In this document: positions 47,823 through 58,403 of the stretch, piece after piece
Layout: the number at the start of each line of letters is the position of its first letter
How positions within the stretch are numbered: the stretch's first letter is position 1
From: Candidatus Latescibacterota bacterium
GTDB taxonomy: Bacteria; Latescibacterota; UBA2968; UBA8231
Assembly: GCA_965223905.1 (NCBI GenBank)
Contig: CBDCXV010000010.1
Location: forward strand, 1,984,001-2,048,000
Length of the DNA: 64,000 nt
Direction of reading: 5' to 3'
Made by a program: the position numbers and the translations under genes
Notes under the pieces: model-generated
Databases searched by the model: none
What the model was told of the DNA's origin: nothing
The model's input: only the letters and a program-made list of their open reading frames with translations

Positions 47823-49358
47823 TCAGCTGACATCCACAAACTGGAACGCGTAGAGCTTGGCCGAACGCATCTTGATCTTCATCCGGACAGGCCGGCCGCT
47901 CAGCGAGCCGACGCCGGGACCGTTCCGCCACCAGACCTCCTGCGCGACGCCGTTGCGATCGACGGACACGGCGTCCTCGAGCGTGTAGCCGGGTAACGGC
48001 TTACCGGCTTCGTCCTGGAGCTCGATCCACGCCTCGCCCATGGCGCCGCAGTCGATGTTCAGCAACAGACGGTTGCCTTCGAACTCGATCGGCGGCGTCA
48101 CGAACCACCCCCCGTCGGGCCCAGCATCGACCGAGACGAAACCGTCCAGACGCTGTTTGGCCCGCCAGTAACGCACGTCGCGCTCGTAGACGCCGTGGGT
48201 GGACGCTCCCTCGGCGTAGTACTGGTAGATGTAGTTCCCGCGCCGGACCAGCCCTACGCCCATGTAGCCCATTCCCCCCAGCTGCGGCTCGTCCATCAGA
48301 CCAAGGCCAACGTAGGGCGTACGGAACCGCTCGAACGCGACGCCGTCCCGGCTCACGGCAAGCTGCACCTCTACTGGACCGTCGTTGGTGATCTGCCCCC
48401 GCTGGTCCCGCCCATGGCTGTCGTGTCCCTCGTATTGACGGTACACCGCCGGGAACGCAAAGACGGCGCCGTCGGCCCATTCGTAGGGGTTGACGCAGGG
48501 CGTGTAGACGTCCGTGGCAGGCGGGTCACGCTCGTCACCCTCCATGATGAAGGGGGCGCATTGCGGCGGCAGCCGGTCGTGTAACCCCACCGGGCTTACG
48601 GGCAATGTCGGGTCCTCTCGGTAGTCGAACGGCAACTGCGTGAGCGTGGGCGAGGTCAAACGAGCGACCGTCCGCCTTCTTCCCGGCACCGGCGACGCGC
48701 CGCGCACATAGGCGACGTAGGCGCCGGCGCCCGCATCATACAGAACCTGGTTCTGCGAGTCGCAACGAAAAGGAACGATGACGCCGCTGCGCTGCCGGCG
48801 CCACGATAGGCCATCCTCGGAATGGAGCAGGTACAACCCGGCGTGGACTGGCCGGCTGCCGTCGGGGGCGTCGTAGCCGCCGAAGTACGTATCCCGCGCT
48901 TCGTCCCAGATCGGCGGCTCGGTGCGCTCGCCCAGTATCCCCGCAAACCAGAATCTGCAGCCGCTCGTCTCCTGGGGGTCGAGGAACGGCGTGCCGAGCG
49001 CTCCGGGCATGACCACGTTGTTCCGCGTCGATCCCTCCACCTCGAACTGGTCCACGGGCGCCAGCTCCCAGTCGATGCCGTCGTCCGAGTAGGCCAGGCA
49101 GCACATGCCGTTCACGCAATCACGTTCGCGCGTCTCGTCAGGCCTCAGGTGGTAGTACATCCAGAGACGACCGTCGACGTCGAGGACGGTCAGGAAGTGA
49201 CGGACGTGCAGACCGCGGAGAGGTGGTAGATCGACGGGTGTGCACTCAAGCGGGGGATTGACCGTGAACTGTAGACCCATCGAAGAATCGACGAAGCGAC
49301 GGTCAAACAGCAACTGCTTGCGTGTCTCGACAGGCCATACCCGAGTTGTGTCTGCCAC
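47823..49358 (-). CDS. Putative beta-propeller glycosidase-like protein, paralogue of 15582-17117
   Basis: Collinear and highly similar to the 15582 gene, including the downstream gcgcccattcatcagctg sequence. Confidence 0.7.
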   Translation of the reverse strand: MADTTRVWPVETRKQLLFDRRFVDSSMGLQFTVNPPLECTPVDLPPLRGLHVRHFLTVLDVDGRLWMYYHLRPDETRERDCVNGMCCLAYSDDGIDWELAPVDQFEVEGSTRNNVVMPGALGTPFLDPQETSGCRFWFAGILGERTEPPIWDEARDTYFGGYDAPDGSRPVHAGLYLLHSEDGLSWRRQRSGVIVPFRCDSQNQVLYDAGAGAYVAYVRGASPVPGRRRTVARLTSPTLTQLPFDYREDPTLPVSPVGLHDRLPPQCAPFIMEGDERDPPATDVYTPCVNPYEWADGAVFAFPAVYRQYEGHDSHGRDQRGQITNDGPVEVQLAVSRDGVAFERFRTPYVGLGLMDEPQLGGMGYMGVGLVRRGNYIYQYYAEGASTHGVYERDVRYWRAKQRLDGFVSVDAGPDGGWFVTPPIEFEGNRLLLNIDCGAMGEAWIELQDEAGKPLPGYTLEDAVSVDRNGVAQEVWWRNGPGVGSLSGRPVRMKIKMRSAKLYAFQFVDVS

Positions 49359-49777
49359 CGTTTCCTCCGCGATTTCCCTTCCACATGACCGCCGTCACCG
49401 CGGACGGCGTGCCGTTCGGATGTGTATGGTAGGCGCTCGGCGGGCACTGTCAATGACCATCGAAAGGAGCGCGTAACCAGTCAGTTGCCGGACGATGCCG
49501 TCGTTTGCTGCACCTCACTCCGGCCACGTGAGCTTGATATCGCTCAGGTAGAACCGGAGCGTGCCCGCCTCGATGGTCTCCTCCAGGGGCGGGGTCGCGC
49601 AAGCGACGACGCCGACAATCCAGCCACCGGCCAGGTGTGACAAGTCGCATGCGCGGCGATGGCGGCATTGACGGAACTGTCCGAGCGCTGATCTTTGTCC
49701 GACTCTCGGGGGGGCGTAGTGCTCGAATACCCTTTTCGTTGTCGCCACACGATCGGAAGGAGGAAGGTCGGACGGCC

Positions 49778-50428
49778 ATGGGACAGGAGCGAAAGCAAAA
49801 CATCACCCAGGACGACCTATTCAGGTTCAACTACCTGTTGGGAGCACAGCTGTCTCCTGATGGCAGGAGTGCCGTCTACGCGGTCGGCCACGAGGGCGTG
49901 GATGAAGACCGGGAGTACGCCTCGATCTGGCTGCTGACGCTCGAAACAGGCGCGACGCGCCGTCTGACCGATGGACGGGCGCATGATTCGAATCCACAGT
50001 GGTCACCTGACGGCACGCGCATCGCTTTCCTGTCCTCCCGGGATGATGTGACCCAGCTGTACCGCATGGCCGCGGAAGGTGGCGAGCCGCAGGCTCTGAC
50101 CTCGATGAAGCAGGGAGTCGGCACCGGTCCGGCCTGGTCACCCGACGGCACGCGCCTCGCTTTTACCGCCGGTCCGGATGTCGATCCTCCCGTACTGGAC
50201 AAGCCCTACCGCGTCACCCGCCACGTCTATCGCTTCTACCTGATGGGGTACCTGGACGGCACCCTGCAGGATGTGTTCGTGATCGCTGCGGAGGGGGGGG
50301 AACCCACGCGGCTGACGGATGACGACTGGCACAACACGGGCCCACAGTGGTCGCCGGATGGACGCGAGATCCTGTTCAGCGCGACGATGGCCCCCGCGCT
50401 CAGAACGAGGCCCTCCTGGACTGGATGA
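49778..50428 (+). pseudogene. N-terminal WD40-like/PD40 propeller of an S9 peptidase, truncated
   Basis: Repeated PQWSPDGTRIAF / PAWSPDGTRLAF / PQWSPDGREILF; no C-terminal GxSxG catalytic domain; RBS aggagg. Confidence 0.75.
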
Positions 50429-50455
50429 ACCGCTACGTACCATAAGATCCACTAG

Positions 50456-50481
50456 TGGATAGGACGTACAAGGGCCCTTTT
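50456..50481. repeat. 26-bp dispersed repeat, copy 1 (oriIS91-like on the minus strand)
   Basis: tggataggacgtacaagggccctttt; 25/26 identical to 62150-62175. Confidence 0.7.
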
Positions 50482-50971
50482 GGAGAGAGGGGGTCGGCAC
50501 GGCTTCCTGTTGCTAACCCGGCGCTTAGTTCCCATGACCACTACTAAGCCGATCGACTTGCTCCCGCAGCTTCACGATGTCCTCGTTCATGTCGTGAACT
50601 CTCGCGTAGAGAAGTTTGCACAGGTTCAGGAGCATCTTATGGCCCAGCTCAGGCTCGGCATCAATGAGCTTCTCCAGCTGGGCGGCCTTCAATTCCAGCA
50701 CGGACGAGCGGTCCTCGGCCACGACTCTCGAGGTGCGAGATTGTCCCGTCAGCACGCCCATCTCACCGATCACGCGAATCTCGGTAACCTCTGCCAACTC
50801 CACGCCATCCGCCGACTCCAAGCGTAGCTTCCCGTCCACGAAGATCAATAGTCGTTCATCGATCGTGAGCGGCTCGCATAGAACTGTTCCAGGCTCAACG
50901 TTTCGTTGGTTGCATGCCTGATGGATGTTCGAAATCTGGTTGAAATCCAAGCCCTCGAACAATGACAGTTT

Positions 50972-52640
50972 CCTGAATCCGTGAAGTCGAGAGCCTGATT
51001 TTTGGTTGCTTTCCGAGGGGAATCCAGGGTATAGTAAAGGAGGATTTTGACTCACCTTGGAGGTGAAGAATTGAGACCGGTTTCGTTTCAAATTACGCAG
51101 GGCGAAGAAGCGCTGACGTCGCATTCGGGCTTGGCCTTGATCGGGGCCTTGATGGGACGCACGCGCCTGGCAGCGCGGGTGGATGAGATCATCTTGCCGG
51201 AACGACCCCATCCCGAGGTTTCTCACGGTGACGTGATGACGTCGATGATCGGCTTGCTGGCGCTGGGCAAGCCGGATTTCGAGGCCGTGGAAGGGTTTCG
51301 TGCGGACCCCTTTTTCTGCCAGGCGCTGGGCCTGGAAGCGGTGCCGTCGGCGGCCACCCTGCGGCAGCGGCTCGATGGCTTGTCCGGACCGGTGGAAGCC
51401 GCGATTCGAGAGGAGTCGGCCGACATGGTGGCCCGTCACGCGCCGCCGATCACCCCCTGTTACGAAGTCGCCGACGGGCGCTGCGGTCCCTGGATCGCGC
51501 TCGATATCGACGTGTCGGTGTTCGACAACTCCCACACCAAAAAACAAGGGGTGTCGTGGACCTACAAGAAGGTCGACGGCTTTGCCCCGATCTTCGCCTA
51601 CCTGGGCCAGGAAGGGTACCTGATCAACTGCCAGCTGCGGCAGGGTAGCCAGCACTCCCAGCAAGGAGCCCCGGACTTTCTTCGAGAGACGCTGCGGCTG
51701 GCGCGCCGTATCACCGGCGAAAAGCTGCTGGTGCGCATGGACAGCGCCCACGACGACATCGCCACCGTACGGCAGCTGCGGCGCACGCCCAAGACCGACT
51801 TCATCGTCAAGCGCAACCTGCGCCACGAATCGAAGCAGACGTGGCTGGAGGAGGCCCAGGCCCTGGGCCAGCGCACCTGTCCGCGGCCCGGCAAGGAACT
51901 CTTCACCGGGGCGCTGGTAGCGGAGCGACAGGGGATCTTCGAACGGGTCGTTTTCGAGGTCGTGCGGCGCACGATCAGCGCCGAGGGTCAGGCGCTGCTG
52001 ATCCCCGACCTCGAGGTGCAGACCTGGTGGACGAACCTGGCAGCGCCGCCCGAGGACGTGATCCGGCTCTACCGCGAGCACGGCACCTGCGAGCAATTCC
52101 ACTCCGAGCTGAAAACGGACATGGACCTCGAGCCTGCCGTCGGGCAAGTTCGCCACCAACGCCCTGGTGTTGCTGCTGGCCATGATGGCCTACAACACCC
52201 TGCGCCTGTGCGGCCAGACCAGCCTGCGCGAGGCGCGCCGCCTGCCCCCCGAAAAGCACGTGACTTTTCGTAAAAAGGCCGGCCGTCGTCGGCTCCGCAC
52301 GGTCATTCTGGATCTCATGTACCAAGCCGCTCGCTGGGTCCGGCATGGGCGCCGTTTCGGCCTCAGCTTCGGGTGTTTCAACCCCTGGTTCGATGTCTGG
52401 AGACGGACCTACCTGAGAGTGTGTGCCTGAAGGCGACGACTTCCCCCGCCCTCGACTTCCCGGAGCACTCAAGGCACGCGTATGCGCGCTCTTGCGACTC
52501 CTATCGACTTGGAGAGCCATCGGTAGCGGAATCCGACGTAATGGCCTGTCGTTGACACCCAAATCCGCTGTTGACAAGTACATGACCCAGCTTAAATATC
52601 AAATTTGATCACTCGCTATAAAAGCGATCACGGATTCAGG
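50972..52640 (+). mobile_element. IS1380-family insertion sequence
   Basis: TIRs cctgaatccgtga / tcacggattcagg; 5-bp TSD AGTTT (50967-50971 and 52641-52645). Confidence 0.92.
51071..52430 (+). CDS. IS1380 transposase (frameshift at ~52133)
   Basis: LTSHSGLALIG, VPSAATLRQRL, ALDIDVSVFDNS, VRMDSAHD, YREHGTCEQFHSELKTDMDLE, continued by LPSGKFATN...RRRLRTVI. Confidence 0.88.
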
Positions 52641-52908
52641 AGTTTCATCAGAGCATTGACCAGCTCGACCTCTTCCATCATCTCACCCTTTCTGAGTGCC
52701 AACCGCCTGATTCCAGCATGTCTGTCTCGCTTTGACAGGCAACCTCATCGGTTGTCAGGACTCGTCTCTCATCCATGCGATAGTCAATGTCACTGACGAC
52801 CTGCGCCGTGTCCAATGCGGCAAGCTGCGTATCCCGCAAGGAGATGCTGTGATCCGCCCTTGACATATAAGCATCCTGACAGGAGGCAGGAGCGACGGAA
52901 ACGCACCA

Positions 52909-54138
52909 TTGTGTAAATCAATGTTTTCTCTAAGATTATGTCGATCGACAAGCGTTGGAAGAGGCGCTCGCTATAGCCCGTTTAGGAAGGCAGGCGAAGA
53001 CTATTTGCTCTATGGATACGCCGAGGATCTTGGTGCAGAGGAAGACCTCGTGGCGCTTGTCCCGGATGGTCTTGCCGATAACCTCCAAGTGAAATACGTC
53101 CTGCTTCTTAGTTTCCAGGCGCTGGTATTTTGCCGCCAGACCGCTGCAGAAGGCGTCGGGGCCGATTCGACGGCTGCCCGCTCATTTCGGCAGCAGGTTC
53201 TGTCGGGGCTGGGTGAGCAGCTCTTGCAGCCCGAACCGCTGCGCACGCGGGCATTCAACCGCTACCTAATGAAGCAGACCGGGGTGGGTGGTTCGGATGT
53301 GCGGAAAGGTATGCTGGCCCTGCTCGATTCGCTCGAGGCCGAGCGCAAGGGCAAATCGGAAAAGTGGCAACGGATACGGACGTCGGGGGGGACGCATGTC
53401 AAACCCAGACAGGTCGACAAGCTGCTAAAAGAGCTGACGAAACGGACCCGCAAGGTGCTGGAGAATAACGAGGACGAGACGCTCGGCTCGCTGTTGCAGC
53501 ACGGGGCCAAGAAAGCCGATGTGCCCGATTATCGGGCGCGGGCTGTGCTGTTGCGGGCCCTGGAGGTCCCCACGGACAGCGCGGCCGTCTTTCTCGGTTT
53601 TCCGGCTAAGGTGACCATATTGCTGGAAATGACGACGCTGGAAATGACGAGGGGAATGACGACGAGCGGTTACTTGAGCCAGAGGCTGTTCCCGGTCAGC
53701 GACGACCTTCTCAACGAGGTGAAGCGGGACATTCTTCCCTCTTTAGAGCGGCGGCTGAAAGAGTCGGAGAGCGTTGTCTCGGACTCGATCGCGTCGACGA
53801 AGTCGATGAAGCCAGACTGTCGGCTGGTCTTCGAGATCCGCAAATTCGGTCGGATATCCAGACCATGGATTCCTGAACCTAGAGAGACAGAGGTTGGATC
53901 ATTTACCCCAGCGCCATTTTTCGGCGTATGGTTCTACATGGAGGCCCAGTTGACGATTGAGGATATCGCTACCGGCATAGAAGTACACAGGGACGAAATC
54001 GTCATCCAGTCTTTGTACGGTGTTGGTGAGGCTTACTTAGTAGAAGACATCCATCCCGCACAGGCGTTGATAGGCAAGTTTTACCAAGAGGCAGCCCTGG
54101 CGGTCAGCGAGATCGTGGACGCCTATCTGGCCAAGTAG
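52909..54138 (+). CDS. Hypothetical protein (start uncertain)
   Basis: 409-aa open frame; no motif recognised. Confidence 0.5.
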   Translation: MCKSMFSLRLCRSTSVGRGARYSPFRKAGEDYLLYGYAEDLGAEEDLVALVPDGLADNLQVKYVLLLSFQALVFCRQTAAEGVGADSTAARSFRQQVLSGLGEQLLQPEPLRTRAFNRYLMKQTGVGGSDVRKGMLALLDSLEAERKGKSEKWQRIRTSGGTHVKPRQVDKLLKELTKRTRKVLENNEDETLGSLLQHGAKKADVPDYRARAVLLRALEVPTDSAAVFLGFPAKVTILLEMTTLEMTRGMTTSGYLSQRLFPVSDDLLNEVKRDILPSLERRLKESESVVSDSIASTKSMKPDCRLVFEIRKFGRISRPWIPEPRETEVGSFTPAPFFGVWFYMEAQLTIEDIATGIEVHRDEIVIQSLYGVGEAYLVEDIHPAQALIGKFYQEAALAVSEIVDAYLAK

Positions 54139-54360
54139 AGCTGCCTAACCGGCTCCCCTTTTGGCGGGATTATTTGTATCCGTACATGTCACGGGAGAGC
54201 TCGCGCTGCGGTGATGGTCGGTCACGGTGGCCGTCAACGGACATACCCTAGAGGCGGACAGCATCCTCATCGCCACCCGTTCACTCCCGTCCGCTGTACG
54301 CTGCCCAATTCGCGCAGCATAGACCTCGACACGGCATCTCTTTCGTGAGACATTTGTCCG

Positions 54361-54627
54361 ATGACCTCGCGACCGATACAGGACCTCCTCTACCTGCACG
54401 CCAGCACCTTTTCGCCGGCGAGCGAAGTCATCGCGATGACCTTGATGGAAGGTGGCGAGCAGAAGCCGGTGCCGGAAAACGCTGACGACTGGCCCTACCA
54501 GACTGTGCTTGAAGCCGTCGCTGACGGCTGGCGCATCGTCTGTTTTCCCGAGATGTCACTCGTCACCACCAACGACGACGATCTCCATGGTCTGGGCCAC
54601 TTGTTCGTCCTCGAACGGTATGGGTGA
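54361..54627 (+). CDS. Small hypothetical protein upstream of a PhyH gene
   Basis: 88-aa ORF (QDLLYLH...WPYQTVLEAVADGWRIVCFP...FVLER) directly before the dioxygenase. Confidence 0.65.
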   Translation: MTSRPIQDLLYLHASTFSPASEVIAMTLMEGGEQKPVPENADDWPYQTVLEAVADGWRIVCFPEMSLVTTNDDDLHGLGHLFVLERYG

Positions 54628-54647
54628 GATTCCTATATTCCTGTGAT

Positions 54648-55529
54648 ATGAAAACTCACGATTGCGACCCCACCCTCACAGACTCGCAAGTCCTCGACTT
54701 CTGCCGCAACGGCTTCATCATCCTCAAAGATGTCGTCGAAGAGGACGTCAATCGCCAGGCGACGGAATTCTGCGACCGGGACGACCACTACGAGCCCACC
54801 GGTATTCTGGACGAAGACTGGTTTGTCGAGGGGGTCATTCTCAACAAAGAGGCCGCCGGCGCCGTCCGCTGCCTCCTTGGCGCCAACTTCCATGTGCCGG
54901 TGCTGATGAGCAATCATCGCACACACGGTATCCTCGACGGACTCGCTGGGTGGCACGTGGACGCCAACTCCAGATTTTCACCGGCCGTGAACTACCTCTA
55001 GGTATTTTACTATCCTCAGGACACCCCTCTGGAGTTAGGCCCGACCGCCGTTGTCCCCGGCTCTCACCTCGTGCACAACAAAGCCCGCTTTATGAATCAC
55101 CTGAGCGCCATCCGCGGAGCTGAGCCACTGGTGTCACCAGCTGGCACCATATTCATCACCGACTACTCGATCTGGCACCGCCGCAGCGCCAAAACGAAAG
55201 AGGGTGTGCGCAACATGCTCAAGTACTTCTACTGGCGCACGCAGCCGCCGGCGCGCGACTGGATCGCGGAACCGGATTTCGATTTTTCAGCCGTCGATTA
55301 CAGTAGTCCCATGAGCCGCTTCACCGAACAGTTCCGCGATCACGGCAAGGTGGCGGAAAAGTTTCTCTGGTTGTGCGGTGAGCACGGCGCTTTCCAGAAT
55401 CTCGGCGGTCAGAGCTGGCCTCTGCCGGCGCACCGCAACGACATCCCATACGGCTATCCTGAGGACTTGCCGGTCATCGCCGGCAGACCTTCGCCACACG
55501 CGTTGCGCGTCGCCGACAAGAAGACCTGA
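54648..55529 (+). pseudogene. PhyH-family dioxygenase with in-frame TAG at 54999-55001
   Basis: FCRNGFIIL, WHVD, NYL*VFYYPQDTPLELGPTAVVPGSH, IWHRR; ORFs 54624 and 55071 are in the same frame. Confidence 0.82.
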
Positions 55530-55938
55530 CGACGCAGTATCCGTCGCGCGCCGATCCTCTGCGCCTGTAGCGCCAGCGTTGACCCGCTGATCAACTCCCT
55601 GAGTTAGCACACCGGCAGAAACTGCGGTCTCATACCCAGACTGCCGTCCCCACTACAGCAATCCGACCCACTAGCACGCCTCGAAACTCCTCTCGACAAG
55701 GTCCGGCCCTCCCACGATACTACTGATAACCCCTCTTATCGGCCTATCCTCCTACGGCACTGATTATAGTTTCCACTAGAAAGGAATTAAGGATGACACA
55801 TAAGTATTCGGTAATTCTCTGCACCCTCGCTGCCAGTGGTGGAAACGTTTGGGAGGACCCGCGCACGGTGCTTGAGACGATTGCCACCGCGGGTTATGAC
55901 GGTGTCGATCTCGATGCGGAACCGGACAGGATTGACCC

Positions 55939-56793
55939 GAACCTATCTCAAAATTGAAATTGTTTAAGTAAAATCAAAATGGATGCAAGTTGGACGAAGC
56001 CAAGGAAATTCTCCGGATACAATTCCCAGCGAGTGATCACTCGACGCTGCCATTGAAGCCAAGCAAAGAATCTCTCAACCATCCAACGCCGCACATAACG
56101 CCGCAATCGCCGTCCATCCTGAGTCTTTTTCTTGGTCCGATTCTGGCGATGCGGGGCGATCATCTCGATCCCGTCTTTCTTAAGTTCTTCATCCAACGAA
56201 TCGCTGTCGTACGCTTTGTCACCGATCAAGTTGTCAGGTTTGTCTTCGATCAGGTAAAAGTCAAAGGTCAACTGAACCAGCGTCACTTCATGATGGTTCG
56301 CTGCATGCGTGCTCACCGACAAGGGAAGCCCATTGCCGTCCACGATCCCCATGACCCGCACCCCCTTACCTCGCTTGCTGTGGCCGACATCGGCACCTCC
56401 ACCCTTGGCCGCCGAGAACATGCCGTCGATGAAAGCTTCCGATTCGTCCAGGTCCCCTTGCTCGTGAAGGGTATTGGCCAAGTCCATGAGAACATCGCGC
56501 AGCACCTCGTTGCGACACCAATTTTGAAAGCGACGATGCACCGTTTTGTAGTTCGGATAGCCCTGCGGCAGCATGTGCCATTGGGCACCGGTATTGAGAA
56601 TCCAAAGGACGGCTTCAAGAACCTCACGTGTGGCAACTGGTTTGCGGCCCGGATGGCTTTTGGGACGATGTTCTTCAGGAAAGTGATGACGGATTCGCTC
56701 CCATTGCTTGTCGGTCAAAGTAACCATATAAATAATGATACATTATCATCAATCAGAACTCAAGATTAAATTTTGTGATTTTGAGATAGGTTC
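55939..56793 (-). mobile_element. IS5-family element, copy 1
   Basis: TIRs gaacctatctcaaaat / attttgagataggttc; 2-bp TSD CC. Confidence 0.92.
55948..56727 (-). CDS. IS5-family transposase
   Basis: LTDKQWERI, ILNTGAQWHMLP, TVHRRFQNW, FIDG, LIGDKAYDSD, RRWMVERFFAWL. Confidence 0.93.
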   Translation of the reverse strand: MVTLTDKQWERIRHHFPEEHRPKSHPGRKPVATREVLEAVLWILNTGAQWHMLPQGYPNYKTVHRRFQNWCRNEVLRDVLMDLANTLHEQGDLDESEAFIDGMFSAAKGGGADVGHSKRGKGVRVMGIVDGNGLPLSVSTHAANHHEVTLVQLTFDFYLIEDKPDNLIGDKAYDSDSLDEELKKDGIEMIAPHRQNRTKKKTQDGRRLRRYVRRWMVERFFAWLQWQRRVITRWELYPENFLGFVQLASILILLKQFQF

Positions 56794-57071
56794 CCAAAAC
56801 TGTTTGCCGAAGTCGCCGACATGGCGATATCGCTCGGTCTGAAAATCCCGGCATTAATCGGTGCCTGGGCGCTTTGGCACGCCGGGGAGGCAAGAGACCT
56901 AGCGTCAAGCGACGAATCAGTCAGAGACCATGCGGTAAACTATGCCAAAAAAAGCATCGACCTGGCCGCTACCTTCGATGAACCACCCGTTTTTGAAATC
57001 GTCGCATGCCCAGTCCAGGCTGAGTATCCCGCTACCAGCATGCCCTTCGATATCCTCAGACGGAACTTCAT

Positions 57072-57924
57072 GAACCTATCTCAAAATTGAAATTGTTTAA
57101 GTAAAATCAAAATGGATGCAAGTTGGACGAAGCCAAGGAAATTCTCCGGATACAATTCCCAGCGCGTGATCACTCGACGCTGCCATTGAAGCCAAGCAAA
57201 GAATCTCTCAACCATCCAACGCCGCACATAACGCCGCAATCGCCGTCCATCCTGAGTCTTTTTCTTGGTCCGATTCTGGCGATGCGGGGCGATCATCTCG
57301 ATCCCGTCTTTCTTAAGTTCTTCATCCAACGAATCGCTGTCGTACGCTTTGTCACCGATCAAGTTGTCAGGTTTGTCTTCGGTCAGGTAAAAGTCAAAGG
57401 TCAACTGAACCAGCGTCACTTCATGATGGTTCGCTGCATGCGTGCTCACCGACAAGGGAAGCCCATTGCCGTCCACGATCCCCATGACCCGCACCCCCTT
57501 ACCTCGCTTGCTGTGGCCGATATCGGCACCTCCACCCTTGGCCGCCGAGAACATGCCATCGATGAAAGCCTCCGATTCGTCCAGGTCCCCTTGCTCGTGA
57601 AGGGTATTGGCCAAGTCCATGAGAACATCGCGTACCACCCCTTGACGACACCAGTTTTGAAAACGGCGATGCACGGTTTTGTAGTTCGGATAGCACGGCG
57701 GCAACATATGCCATTGAGCCCCGGTGTTTAGAATCCAAAGGACGGCTTCAAAACATCACGGGTGCAAACCGGTTTGCGACCCGGATGGCTCTTGGGACGA
57801 AGTTCTTCAGGAAAGTGATGCCGGATTCGTTGCCATTGCATGTCGGTCAGATTGACCATACACCAATGATACATCACTGTCATTTCGAAAACAAGTTTAA
57901 GTTTGCCTATTTTGAGATAGGTTC
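57072..57924 (-). mobile_element. IS5-family element, copy 2 (mosaic; transposase frameshifted at ~57751)
   Basis: Same TIRs; 2-bp TSD AT; 57072-~57630 nearly identical to copy 1, remainder clearly divergent. Confidence 0.9.
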
Positions 57925-58403
57925 ATAAAATCAGCAAAGGAGATTGCAGCGTACGGCGGCGATCGAGGAGTCTCGGTGGCCATCGAGCCTATCAACCGGT
58001 TTGAGGGCTATGCCGGCTTTTTGAACAGTATCATCGAAGCCAAAAGCATCGTCGACGAGGTGGACGTCGACAACCTCGGTCTGCTGGCCGATTTCTTCCA
58101 TGTCAATATCGAAGATGGGGCACTGGGCGAAACGCTGAGGTTAGCCGGCGACAGGCTGATGCACGTCCATCTTGCCGACAGCAACAGGCAGACGCCCGGT
58201 ACCGGACATATCGATTTTCTCCAAGTGATCAGGACGCTCAACGCCATCGGTTTCAGCGGCTACCTGTCCCTTGACACGGTTCCGGCCCGACCCGATTGGA
58301 AGACGGTGGTGGAGGTGTCGATTCAATTCATGAAGCAAATGGAGAGTACCGCGGAGCTGCAAGAGAGAATCACCAAAAGAGATTGACATAAAGGAGACTT
58401 TCA

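Larger units (their letters stand above)
50525..52681 (-). pseudogene. Cyclic-nucleotide-binding domain protein split by IS1380
   Basis: Removing the IS and one AGTTT copy gives MMEEVELVNALMKLSLFEGLD...VIGEMGVLTGQSRTSRVVA..., with a GEM...R cNMP phosphate-binding cassette. Confidence 0.85.
55793..58386 (+). pseudogene. Sugar-phosphate isomerase/epimerase (xylose-isomerase-like TIM barrel) interrupted by two IS5 copies
   Basis: Joined frame MTHKYSVIL...GYDGVDL...RIDP|KLFAEVADM...RNFI|KSAKEIAAY...AIEPINRFE...DFFHVNIE...HVHLADSNRQTPGTGHIDF. Confidence 0.88.

Noticed and set aside
49515-49748. 77-aa minus-strand ORF between the propeller gene and the peptidase fragment
   Set aside because: No motif or clear RBS; cannot be supported as a gene.
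50525-52183. 552-aa minus-strand ORF as a novel fusion protein
   Set aside because: It is the antisense of the IS1380 transposase running into the 3' part of the split cNMP-binding gene.
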